NCBI GenBank assembly: GCA_944388735.1
Contig: CALXJX010000006.1
Span: forward strand, 1 to 53,408
Source of the DNA: an uncultured Clostridia bacterium
GTDB lineage: Bacteria; Bacillota; Clostridia; TANB77; CAG-508
DNA length: 53,408 nt
Direction of reading: 5' to 3'
Within the stretch, counting starts at the first letter, position 1, and the number at the start of each line of letters is the position of its first letter. Position numbers and translations under genes: made by a program. A model generated the notes under the pieces. It did no database searches. It worked only from the letters and a program-made list of their open reading frames with translations, and was not told the DNA's origin. This document shows, piece by piece, positions 43,647 to 52,831 of the stretch.

Positions 43647-43908
43647 TTACTATTCACAGCCTCTATAATAAGCTAAAAAATGTTGATATATTAATATTGA
43701 GTAAATTTTGAATGTGATTGGAAATATTTTAGAATTTGTTATATGATTTATTGAGGGATGTTCACGGTACTCGAGGTACGAGAGGGTCTGAGTGAAAGAG
43801 GCTCAATAAATCATTTTACAAATTCTTAAATATTGTATTGAGCCGAAAAATTTATGAAATATTAATATATCAACATTTTAAGTACTAATTTTAAGCTGTG
43901 AATAGTAA
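43647..43908. repeat. Family D long palindromic element (full copy)
   Basis: Nested arms ttactattcacagc/gctgtgaatagtaa, aaaatgttgatatattaatatt/aatattaatatatcaacatttt, atgatttattgag/ctcaataaatcat around a GC-rich core. Confidence 0.85.
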
Positions 43909-43910
43909 GT

Positions 43911-45746
43911 TTATTCTTCGACTTCTTCAAATTGTGAATTATACAACTCTGAATAGAAGCCACCTTTCTCTAATAGAGCTTCATGAGTTCCTTGTTCCAC
44001 AATATCACCATGATTCATAACCAAAATCAAATCTGCATTTTTTATTGTTGACAATCTATGTGCAATAATAAAACTTGTTCTACCTTTCATTAAATTATCC
44101 ATAGCAGATTGAATTTGAATCTCTGTTCTTGTATCAATTGAACTTGTAGCTTCATCCAAGATTAATATTTTTGGATCTGCTAAAATCACTCTTGCAATTG
44201 TTAATAACTGCTTTTGACCTGCTGAAATATTTGTTGATTCTTCGTTTATTAATGAATTATATCCTTTTGGTAATGTCTTTATAAAATGATGTACATGAGC
44301 TGCTTTAGCTGCTTCTATAACTTCATCATCTGTTGCATCTTCTTTACTATACTTAATATTATCTTTTACAGTTCCTCCAAATAGCCATGTATCTTGAAGA
44401 ACCATTCCAAACATCTTACGAAGCTCACCTCTATCGAAATCTTTAACATTATGTCCGTCAACTAAAATTTCTCCAGAATTTACATCATAAAATCTCATTA
44501 ATAATTTTACCATTGTTGTTTTACCTGCACCTGTTGGTCCAACAATTGCAATCTTTTGTCCTTCTTTAACTTGTGCATTAAAATCATTAATTATCATTCT
44601 ATCAGGTTCATAACCAAATTGCACATTTTTAAATGTAACATTACCGGTTAGTTTTTCTGTATCTATGTTGCCTTTTGCAGTATCTAACTCTTCTTGCTCT
44701 TCCAAGAATTCAAATATTCTTTCTGCTGCTGCAACCATAGCTTGTAGCATTGCAGAAATTTGTGCTATTTGATTAATAGGTTGTGTAAATTGCTTATTAT
44801 ACTGTATAAAACTTTGTATATTTCCTACTGTAATTGTTCCATTTATTGCTAAATATCCTCCTGCAACAGCTACTCCTACATAACCAATATTTGATATAAA
44901 ATTCATTACTGGATGCATTATACCAGATAAAAATTGCGACTTCCATGCTGATTTATACAATTCATTATTTGCTTTTTCAAAATCTCTGTTTACTTTTTCT
45001 TCACCATTAAATGCTTTTACTATATTTAGTCCTCCATATATTTCTTCTACTTGACCATTTACATGTCCTAAATATTCCTGTTGGCTTTGGAAATATCTTT
45101 GAGACTTACCTACTATAATTCTCACTAAAATAGCTGCTACTGGCAATATAACTAATGATATTAAAGTCATTTGCCAACTTATAGAAAACATCATTATTAG
45201 TATTCCAATGATTGTACATATTGAAGTAATTATTTGTGTAATACTTTGATTTAAATTCATGCTTAAAGTGTCGATATCATTTGTAATAATAGATAATACT
45301 TCACCATGCGTTTTTTTGTCAAAATATTTAAATGGTAACTTATTAATTTTCATAATTATATCATTTCTTAATTTATATGTAACTTTTTGTGCTATATTTG
45401 TCATAGTAAATCCTTGAATGAAAGAGAATAATGCACTAATTAAGTATAATATAATTAATGTAATTACAATTTGCCCAACTTTTCCAAAATCTACTCCTGC
45501 ACCACCTGATAACTTACTAGCTAAACCATTAAAAATTTCTGTTGTTGCATTTCCTAATATTTTTGGTCCTACAATTGTAAATATAGTGCTTCCTATTGCA
45601 AATATAAAAACTATAATCAATGCAATTTTATATTTAGCTAAATAACCTTTTATAAGCTGTTTTGTTGTTTTCTTAAAATCTTTTGCCTTTTGATGTGGCA
45701 TATTTCCTGGTCCACCTCTCATTGGTCCTCCCATTGGTCCTGGCAT
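43911..45746 (-). CDS. ABC exporter ATP-binding/permease subunit
   Basis: TM domain; GPTGAGKTT, ISAGQKQ, ILDEATS; start at MPGPMGG after GGAGGAG RBS. Confidence 0.93.
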   Translation of the reverse strand: MPGPMGGPMRGGPGNMPHQKAKDFKKTTKQLIKGYLAKYKIALIIVFIFAIGSTIFTIVGPKILGNATTEIFNGLASKLSGGAGVDFGKVGQIVITLIILYLISALFSFIQGFTMTNIAQKVTYKLRNDIIMKINKLPFKYFDKKTHGEVLSIITNDIDTLSMNLNQSITQIITSICTIIGILIMMFSISWQMTLISLVILPVAAILVRIIVGKSQRYFQSQQEYLGHVNGQVEEIYGGLNIVKAFNGEEKVNRDFEKANNELYKSAWKSQFLSGIMHPVMNFISNIGYVGVAVAGGYLAINGTITVGNIQSFIQYNKQFTQPINQIAQISAMLQAMVAAAERIFEFLEEQEELDTAKGNIDTEKLTGNVTFKNVQFGYEPDRMIINDFNAQVKEGQKIAIVGPTGAGKTTMVKLLMRFYDVNSGEILVDGHNVKDFDRGELRKMFGMVLQDTWLFGGTVKDNIKYSKEDATDDEVIEAAKAAHVHHFIKTLPKGYNSLINEESTNISAGQKQLLTIARVILADPKILILDEATSSIDTRTEIQIQSAMDNLMKGRTSFIIAHRLSTIKNADLILVMNHGDIVEQGTHEALLEKGGFYSELYNSQFEEVEE

Positions 45747-45747
45747 A

Positions 45748-48015
45748 TTATTCTCCTCCTTTCTCTTGTAGTTCTTCTTCTGACAATTGTGATAAAGCAA
45801 TCTGTCTATATGTCTCATTATTTTTCATTAATTCTTCATGTGTTCCTATTCCTACAACTTTTCCTTCTTCTAAAACAACTATTTTTTCTGCATTCATTAT
45901 AGTGCTAATTCTTTGTGCTACTATAATTACTGTCTTATTTTTTGTTTTCTTAGATAATGCTTCTCTTAGCTGACTATCAGTTTTGAAGTCTAATGCTGAA
46001 AAACTATCATCAAATACATATATTTCTGGATCTTTGGCAATTGCTCTAGCTATAGATAGACGTTGTTTTTGCCCTCCTGAAACATTTCCTCCTCCTTGTG
46101 AGATTGGATCCTGATATTGTTTTTCTTTTTGCTCTATAAATTCTGTTGCTTGAGCAATCTCTGCAGCTTCTTTCATTTTTTCATCAGACATATTTTCATC
46201 CGAATACTTGATATTAGACTCAATTGTACCTGAGAAAAGTACACCTTTTTGTGGTACAAAACCTATAATATTTCTTAGCTCTTTTTGTGGAACATCTTTT
46301 ACATTTACACCATCAATTAGTAATTCTCCACCTGTTACATCATAAAATCTTGGCAATAAATTTACAACTGTAGATTTTCCACTTCCTGTACTTCCTATAA
46401 TAGCTGTTGTTTCTCCTGGTTTTGCTGTAAAGTTAATATCTGATAATATTTCTGTGTCTGCATCTGGATAATGGAATGAAACATTTTTAAATTCTACTAA
46501 TCCTTTTTTGTTTTTATCAAAATGTTTTGTCTCTTCCTTATCTTTAATACTTGGTTCTGTATCTATAACTTCATTAATACGTCTTGCTGAAACAGCTGCT
46601 CTTGGTAGCATAATTGATATCATTGAAATCATTAAAAATGCCATTACTATTTGCATTGTGTATTGAATAAATGCCATCATGTCTCCAACTTGTGTAATTC
46701 CTTGGTCTACATTGTGACCTCCAACCCACACAATTAATACAGTAATACAATTCATTATTAACATTAATAAAGGCATCATCATTGACATTGCTTTATTTAC
46801 AAAAATATTTGCTTTCATCAAGTCATTATTAGCTCCGTCAAATCTTTTTTCTTCTTTCTTTTCTTTATTAAATGCCCTTATAACTGGTAACCCTGTTAAT
46901 ATTTCTCTTGAAACTTGGTTTAGTTTGTCTATTAAGTCTTGCAATTTTTTGAATTTTGGCATAACTATAACAAATAAAGTTCCTACAACAAATAGAACTG
47001 CAAGTATTGCCACTCCTATAATCCATGCCATTTGATTATCACTATTTGTCAAGACTTTTACAAAGCCACCTACACCTATTATAGGTGCATATACTACAAC
47101 TCTAAATAACATTGTTATCAATTGTTGAATTTGTTGAATATCATTTGTGCTTCTAGTAATTAATGAAGCTGTTGAAAATTCTGATAATTCTTTATTTGAA
47201 AAACTAATTACTTTTTTGAACACTTTATCTCTTAATGTTTTTCCTAATTTTGCAGCTACCCTTGAAGAAAGCAACATAATTAGTACAGCTGATATCATGC
47301 TAACTAATGCTATTCCAAGCATTTGTAATCCTGTAAATAATATGTAATCATTTTGTAATTCATTTGTGTCTACACCTAATTTGGCATATACCTCCTTTAC
47401 TGAAGCGATTGCTGCTTGTTCTTTAATTGAATCTGACATTGCGTCAATTTGCTTTGTAAACTCTTCTGTTAAAGTTTCTCTTTGTTCTTCTGGCATTTGC
47501 TCTAAAATTTCCATAACAGTCATATTTTGTATATATGCTTTTTGCTCTTCTGGTATGGTTAACAATATTTGTTCTTTAATTTTATTAGCAGTTTCTTCCT
47601 CTGTAACTGTACTTGCTTCCATTAATGGAGTCATTAATATTTTTTCTAATTCTTGTTCTTGCTCTTCAGTTATATCATTTAAAACATATATAGTATTAGG
47701 TTTTAGTTGGTAATCAGTTCCTAAATATTTTTCTATTGTTTTTTCTTCTTGTTTTGTCATTGTATTTCCAACTAGCTTATACTTATCTAAAATTTCATTA
47801 TCATCCTTTGTAAATACCAATATATTATTCATATCTTCTTTAGATATTACTTCTGGCACAGCTGTTTGTATACCACCTGATTGAATACCAACATTAACTA
47901 TTTTAGAGGTGTAATCTGGAAGTGCCAAATCTACGGTTGCTTGAATACAAAGTAAAATGATAATAATTACTACTGATGCAAATGATTTTTTCAAATTTTT
48001 TAATAATTTTAGCAT
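45748..48015 (-). CDS. ABC exporter ATP-binding/permease subunit with large first loop
   Basis: GSTGSGKST, VSGGQKQRL, degenerate Walker B FDDS; heterodimer partner. Confidence 0.93.
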   Translation of the reverse strand: MLKLLKNLKKSFASVVIIIILLCIQATVDLALPDYTSKIVNVGIQSGGIQTAVPEVISKEDMNNILVFTKDDNEILDKYKLVGNTMTKQEEKTIEKYLGTDYQLKPNTIYVLNDITEEQEQELEKILMTPLMEASTVTEEETANKIKEQILLTIPEEQKAYIQNMTVMEILEQMPEEQRETLTEEFTKQIDAMSDSIKEQAAIASVKEVYAKLGVDTNELQNDYILFTGLQMLGIALVSMISAVLIMLLSSRVAAKLGKTLRDKVFKKVISFSNKELSEFSTASLITRSTNDIQQIQQLITMLFRVVVYAPIIGVGGFVKVLTNSDNQMAWIIGVAILAVLFVVGTLFVIVMPKFKKLQDLIDKLNQVSREILTGLPVIRAFNKEKKEEKRFDGANNDLMKANIFVNKAMSMMMPLLMLIMNCITVLIVWVGGHNVDQGITQVGDMMAFIQYTMQIVMAFLMISMISIMLPRAAVSARRINEVIDTEPSIKDKEETKHFDKNKKGLVEFKNVSFHYPDADTEILSDINFTAKPGETTAIIGSTGSGKSTVVNLLPRFYDVTGGELLIDGVNVKDVPQKELRNIIGFVPQKGVLFSGTIESNIKYSDENMSDEKMKEAAEIAQATEFIEQKEKQYQDPISQGGGNVSGGQKQRLSIARAIAKDPEIYVFDDSFSALDFKTDSQLREALSKKTKNKTVIIVAQRISTIMNAEKIVVLEEGKVVGIGTHEELMKNNETYRQIALSQLSEEELQEKGGE

Positions 48016-48022
48016 TTTTTCT

Positions 48023-48069
48023 CTCCTTACATAATGTATTTAGGTTTTTAAAATATTACCTATAAACCT
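48023..48069 (-). promoter_or_regulatory. Conserved leader motif E, copy 3
   Basis: AGGTTTATAGGTAATATTTTAAAAACCTAAATACATTATGTAAGGAG on - strand. Confidence 0.6.
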
Positions 48070-48271
48070 TTATTTAACAATTATTTCTCAATATAATTGT
48101 TACGTTACTACTGTAAACTCTAGTTTTTTCTTACTATTAAAACTTTTTAAATTATTTGAGTTTTATCGTCTAAAACTGTTATTACACAATAAAGACACTG
48201 TCTTTTAATTTTATTCCTTACAGTGCCTTTTGTCAACATTATATGTGTGAATTTTATGTGAATTATTTTTT

Positions 48272-48922
48272 TTACATTTTTCTAAATACTCCTGCTACTT
48301 TTCCTAAGATTTCACAATTAGGTACTATTATTGGATCCATAGTAGAGTTCTCTGGTTGTAATCTAATATGGTCTTTTTCTTTATAAAATGTTTTTACTGT
48401 TGCCTCATCTCCAATTAGTGCTACAACAATTTCTCCATTATTTGCTGTATTTTGTTTTTTTACTAAAATATAATCTCCGTCTAAAATACCTGCTTCTATC
48501 ATGCTTTCTCCTCTTACTGTTAGCATGAAACTTTCTGAATTTCCTACAAAGTCAATTGGAATAGGAAATGTGTCTGTTACGTTTTCTACTGCTAATATTG
48601 GCTCTCCTGCTGTGATTTTTCCTATGATTGGAACTTCAACTAATTCTTTTTGTGTATAAAAGTCTTTACTTGACATTGGTTTTGTTTCTCCTGAACCGCC
48701 TTTTAATAAACGTAATGTTCTTCCTTTTTTATCTTTTTTCTTTATATATCCTTTTTCTTCTAGTTTTGCTAAGTAATTATGTACTGTTGCAGTTGAACTT
48801 AATCCTACTGCTTTTCCTATTTCTCTTACTGATGGTGGATATCCGTCTGTCATGATTTGTTTTTCAATAAATTTTAAAATTGCTTTTTCTCTTTTATTTA
48901 GTTCTGGCTTTTTTCTTGGCAT
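48272..48922 (-). CDS. lexA: SOS repressor LexA
   Basis: [16 protein letters not shown] cleavage site, GESM, ATVK; start at MPRKK after GGAG; promoter TTGACA-17-TATGAT at 48954-48982. Confidence 0.96.
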   Translation of the reverse strand: MPRKKPELNKREKAILKFIEKQIMTDGYPPSVREIGKAVGLSSTATVHNYLAKLEEKGYIKKKDKKGRTLRLLKGGSGETKPMSSKDFYTQKELVEVPIIGKITAGEPILAVENVTDTFPIPIDFVGNSESFMLTVRGESMIEAGILDGDYILVKKQNTANNGEIVVALIGDEATVKTFYKEKDHIRLQPENSTMDPIIVPNCEILGKVAGVFRKM

Positions 48923-49116
48923 ATTTTTCACTCCATTTCTCATATTTTTTCTCATCATATCACACAAACAAAAAAATGTCAAACATATTTTTGATTTTCT
49001 ATAACTAAGCAGTAATAATTCAGAGGGGAATTTATGATTTCCCTCTGACATTCGAAATACTACATCTAAGCACTATTGCATATAATTAGAGCAAAGTGAT
49101 AACCTTAATATTATAC

Positions 49117-49286
49117 TAATTGGAACAAATCGGAAAGCCTTAAAATTCGTACTAATTTAATCTTCTCTCGTTTGCTTTCCGTAAATTTGTTCTGCGCCAA
49201 TTTTACGCCAGTAAAATTGTGTGCATTCGTTGGAGCGCAGCGACTTTTATACAATAGGGAAATATCACTTTCCTATTGTATAAAAA
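49117..49286. repeat. Family C structured repeat, copy 3
   Basis: Near-identical to 35434-35600; abuts the rubrerythrin terminator caattactagac/ccagtaattg. Confidence 0.85.
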
Positions 49287-49343
49287 AACAATTACTAGAC
49301 ACTTATCCAGTAATTGAATTTTTATTTTTAAATTTTTTACTTA

Positions 49344-49883
49344 TTAATAATTTTCTGCTTTAATTTCAAAATATGCTTTTGGATGAGAACATACTGGACA
49401 TATTTCTGGTGCTGACTTTCCAACTACTATATGACCACAATTTCTACATTTCCAGATTCTATCTCCATCACGACTAAATACTAATCCACCTTCTACATTT
49501 TCTATTAGTTTCTTATATCTTTCCTCATGTTCTTTTTCTATTTTTGCAACTTCTGAGAATAGAAATGCAATATGTGTAAATCCTTCTTCTTCTGCCTCTT
49601 TTGCCATTCTATCATACATATCTGTCCATTCGTAGTTTTCTCCTTCAGCAGCTTGTTGTAAGTTTTCTAATGTTGATTTTATATCTCCACCTTGTAATAA
49701 TTTGAACCACATTTTTGCATGTTCTTTTTCATTATCTGCTGTTTCTTGGAAAATCGCTGCAATTTGTTCATATCCTTCTTTTTTTGCTTTACTTGCAAAG
49801 TATGTATATTTATTTCTTGCTTGTGATTCTCCAGCAAATGCTTCCATTAAATTTTTTTCTGTTTTACTTCCTTTTAGCTCCAT
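49344..49883 (-). CDS. rbr: Rubrerythrin
   Basis: [16 protein letters not shown] motifs, C-terminal CRNC...CPVC. Confidence 0.95.
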   Translation of the reverse strand: MELKGSKTEKNLMEAFAGESQARNKYTYFASKAKKEGYEQIAAIFQETADNEKEHAKMWFKLLQGGDIKSTLENLQQAAEGENYEWTDMYDRMAKEAEEEGFTHIAFLFSEVAKIEKEHEERYKKLIENVEGGLVFSRDGDRIWKCRNCGHIVVGKSAPEICPVCSHPKAYFEIKAENY

Positions 49884-49933
49884 TTTAATACCCTCCTCTT
49901 ATACTTTTAAATTACGTTTTTATACATTAATTA

Positions 49934-50071
49934 CTATTCTTCTACTTTTTCAAACATGTCTTTTCCTACTCCACATAATGGACATGTCCAATCATCTGGT
50001 AATTCTTCAAATTTTACTCCTTCTTTTTCTTCATCATAAATATATCCACACACTGTACATCTATATTTCAT
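49934..50071 (-). CDS. Rubredoxin (45 aa, not in ORF track)
   Basis: Manual translation [45 protein letters not shown]; AGGAGG RBS. Confidence 0.93.
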   Translation of the reverse strand: MKYRCTVCGYIYDEEKEGVKFEELPDDWTCPLCGVGKDMFEKVEE

Positions 50072-50225
50072 ACATTTTCACCTCCTATTTAACTTTCTAA
50101 GTTTTATTTGATTTTACATTCTTTTTATTTTTTTGTCAATTATATTTAATTATTTTTTGAAAATAATTAAAATTTGCTAGACAATAAAAAAAATATGTGT
50201 TAATATATTAAAGTAATTATTTTTT

Positions 50226-50267
50226 GCCGGTGTGCTGGAATTGGTAGACGGGGCAGACTCAAAATCT
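50226..50267 (+). pseudogene. 5' half of a tRNA-Leu(CAA), truncated just after the anticodon loop; probable att junction
   Basis: gccggtgtgctggaattggtagacggggcaga-ctCAAaa-tct then unrelated AT-rich sequence. Confidence 0.8.
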
Positions 50268-50315
50268 AAATGGATTTTTTTGATAGTAATTCTTAAAAGT
50301 ATTGATAAATATACA

Positions 50316-50373
50316 GGTTTAGGTTTTGGTAGAATTTAATTTTTATTAAATATCTAACCAAAATCTAACCAAA
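50316..50373. repeat. Probable integrase arm-type binding repeats
   Basis: Direct repeat atctaaccaaa x2 (50352-50373) with degenerate inverted copies ggtttaggttttggtaga. Confidence 0.55.
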
Positions 50374-50403
50374 TGTATTTTTATATAAATTTTAATTAAA
50401 TAT

Positions 50404-50490
50404 GCAGGTATGCTGGAACTGGTAGACAGGATGGTCTCAAAAACCATTGTCAGAAATGGCGTGTGGGTTCGATTCCCACTACCTGCACCA
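50404..50490 (+). tRNA. tRNA-Leu(CAA), complete
   Basis: 87 nt; acceptor gcaggta/tacctgc; anticodon arm atggt-ctCAAaa-accat; long variable arm; encoded CCA. Confidence 0.95.
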
Positions 50491-50493
50491 AAA

Positions 50494-51732
50494 TTAGTTT
50501 GCACAAGCCACTAATTTATTAGAAGAAGTTGAAGAGTCGCATTCCTCAATTTCTTTTTTTGTTTCAAAAGCACTTGTAATTGCTTGAGCTGAAAGCTGTT
50601 TTGAATTACTATCTAAATGAGCATATATATTTGCAGTTGTTGAAAAATTAGAATGTCCTAACCATTCTTGTATTGCTTTCATAGGAATACCTTTAGCTAG
50701 TAGCAAACTTGCACAAGAATGTCTTAAATCGTGAAAACGAATATGTCTTAATCCTAATTTCTTTAATAAGTTTTTAAAATGTTCTGATACATAGTCAGGT
50801 CTTGTTAATTTTCCATCAGGTTTAACAAATACATATTCTTTATCTTTTTTGTAATAAGATTTTCCAAAAGCCTTTTTAAAATATTCTTGTTGTTCTTTTA
50901 ATTCCAATAATCTATCAGCAATATCATCAATTAAAGGTAATGTCCTATAACTTGATTTATTTTTTGTTCTATCTTTAGAGTAAATTTGTCTTTTCCCGTC
51001 TATTTTTCCAATAGTTATGGTATGTTTAATAGTAATTGTTTTATTATCAAAATCAAAAGCATCCCATTTTAAACCTAAAACTTCACTTCTTCTTAATCCA
51101 TAATATGAAGCAACTCTTATCATAAGATTTAATGGATCATCTTTTGATTTTTCAAACAATTCGTTCAATTCATTTTCATTATAGAAACTACCAATATATT
51201 GTTCTTTTTTAGGTCTTTGCACTTTATCAGCAGGATTATTTTGTATAATATCCATTTTATAAGCATAATCCAGAGCTTTTCTTATAATAGCGTGATGATG
51301 AATAACTGTATTTGCAGAAAGCCCATCACTAAACAAAGTATTATAATATTCTTGAATATCCATTGCTTGAATATCGACTAATTTAATTTTATTTTTTGTA
51401 AAATATTTTGTTATTCTATCATTTACTATTTGCTCATAAGAATTATAAGTTGAAGGCTCAATAGTTTTCTTTACAATTTTTAACCATTCATTTAAAAAAT
51501 CTAAAAATAATACATCAGTTTTTACAATATTATTTCTTCTTTTTTGAGTAGAATTAAGTTTGTTTTCAAATTCTTGTCTGATTTCTTCAGCTTTTGCTTG
51601 AGCTTGTTTCTTATTTCCTCTTACTTTTAATTTTGTAGAAAACCATTTTTGTTTTCTTTTTCCATTATCATCTTTATAATTTACTACGGCATGATAAAAA
51701 CCGTTTTTTTCTTGTAGGCTTACTGTTACCAT
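50494..51732 (-). CDS. Tyrosine recombinase/integrase
   Basis: GLRRSEVLGLKW, RFHDLRHS, WLGHSNFSTTANIYAH; N-terminal arm-binding and SAM-like regions. Confidence 0.95.
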   Translation of the reverse strand: MVTVSLQEKNGFYHAVVNYKDDNGKRKQKWFSTKLKVRGNKKQAQAKAEEIRQEFENKLNSTQKRRNNIVKTDVLFLDFLNEWLKIVKKTIEPSTYNSYEQIVNDRITKYFTKNKIKLVDIQAMDIQEYYNTLFSDGLSANTVIHHHAIIRKALDYAYKMDIIQNNPADKVQRPKKEQYIGSFYNENELNELFEKSKDDPLNLMIRVASYYGLRRSEVLGLKWDAFDFDNKTITIKHTITIGKIDGKRQIYSKDRTKNKSSYRTLPLIDDIADRLLELKEQQEYFKKAFGKSYYKKDKEYVFVKPDGKLTRPDYVSEHFKNLLKKLGLRHIRFHDLRHSCASLLLAKGIPMKAIQEWLGHSNFSTTANIYAHLDSNSKQLSAQAITSAFETKKEIEECDSSTSSNKLVACAN

Positions 51733-51824
51733 TTTTTAACTCCTTTCTTTTAATAACAGACTTAATTTAACCTACTATTAATATTGATAATATAATACCA
51801 TTTTAATAGTTTAAAATCTAGTCT

Positions 51825-52031
51825 TTAGTCATTTTTTGTTAGATATGCTATAACATTTCTTTTTGGTATTTTATATTCTCTACCTACTTTAATTGATGGA
51901 ATAGTATTATTTCTTACTAATCTATATGCAAGATTTACACCAATTCCAAGCATTTCTTTTAATTCTTGAATGTTTACTAAATCAGGGTATGTAGTAAACA
52001 TCATTTGATAGTTTTCTTTAATAGTACCCAT
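51825..52031 (-). CDS. Excisionase-like HTH protein
   Basis: LVNIQELKEMLGIG...YRLV...IPSIKVGREYKIPK; directly upstream of integrase. Confidence 0.85.
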   Translation of the reverse strand: MGTIKENYQMMFTTYPDLVNIQELKEMLGIGVNLAYRLVRNNTIPSIKVGREYKIPKRNVIAYLTKND

Positions 52032-52098
52032 TTTGATAGTCCTCCTTTCTTAAAATTTGCAAAATAAAAAAGACCTACTACTCAAGTAAATCCTTTGT

Positions 52099-52563
52099 TT
52101 ACATACTATAACATCTATATTTGTATTTTTGAGTTGGAACAGGAATGTTCATATTTATTGTTTTTGGAACATCATTACCAACTTTTATACCTTTGTTAAG
52201 TTTTAAATTTCCGTTTTTATCTCTGTGATAAATACTAGAATTATGTTTAGCAAAAGCATAGTCATTTATATTGTTACTAGAATATGATAACTCTAATGAA
52301 TCTTGATATAATAATGCTTGTAGTTGTTCGTAAGAATTATCTTCTATCTTTGGTCTATCATAATTCTTATAATATTCTTTTAAATAATCTTTTCGTTTAA
52401 TAGCATTTTCATCTTTACGGGTTTGTTTTTCTTCTTTACATCTGCTATCAGCTTTTATTACTTTTGAAACATATTGTTTAGAAACACCAACTATTGTAGC
52501 AATTTCTTTTTGTTTTAGATGTTTATTAAAGTACAAGTCTAAAATATTTTCTCGATTTTCCAA
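52099..52563 (-). CDS. HTH (sigma-70 region 4-like) DNA-binding protein
   Basis: LKQKEIATIVGVSKQYVSKVIK. Confidence 0.7.
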   Translation of the reverse strand: MENRENILDLYFNKHLKQKEIATIVGVSKQYVSKVIKADSRCKEEKQTRKDENAIKRKDYLKEYYKNYDRPKIEDNSYEQLQALLYQDSLELSYSSNNINDYAFAKHNSSIYHRDKNGNLKLNKGIKVGNDVPKTINMNIPVPTQKYKYRCYSM

Positions 52564-52733
52564 CTTTAAATATCTCCTTTCAAATTTGGTTGACTTTTTG
52601 TTTGCAAGATTTTGAACATAAAAATCCTATTGGCTATTCTTTTGAAATAGTCAATTTAATATTCACTTGTTGTCATTTGATATTTGTTGTTATCTGTAGC
52701 AACTCTTTATCGTGAACAATAGTACAATATCGC

Positions 52734-52773
52734 TTGACATTGTTATTATACTATGATATAATTTAATTGTCAA
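52734..52773. promoter_or_regulatory. Two overlapping, oppositely oriented consensus SigA promoters
   Basis: + strand TTGACA(52734)-17-TATAAT(52757); - strand TTGACA(52773)-17-TATAAT(52750). Confidence 0.75.
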
Positions 52774-52831
52774 TACAATTTGAAATATTTTTATAAAATT
52801 GTTCATATTTATTTTTGAAAGGGGAATATTT

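Noticed and set aside
45747-45818. N-terminal extension of the second ABC subunit
   Set aside because: Overlaps the upstream gene; strong RBS supports 45746.
48965-48995. LexA (SOS) box upstream of lexA
   Set aside because: Only degenerate AAAC-N4-TTTT matches to GAAC-N4-GTTC; too weak in AT-rich DNA.
48923-49051. N-terminal extension of LexA in the ORF track
   Set aside because: Runs through the promoter and a repeat remnant; RBS supports the 48922 start.
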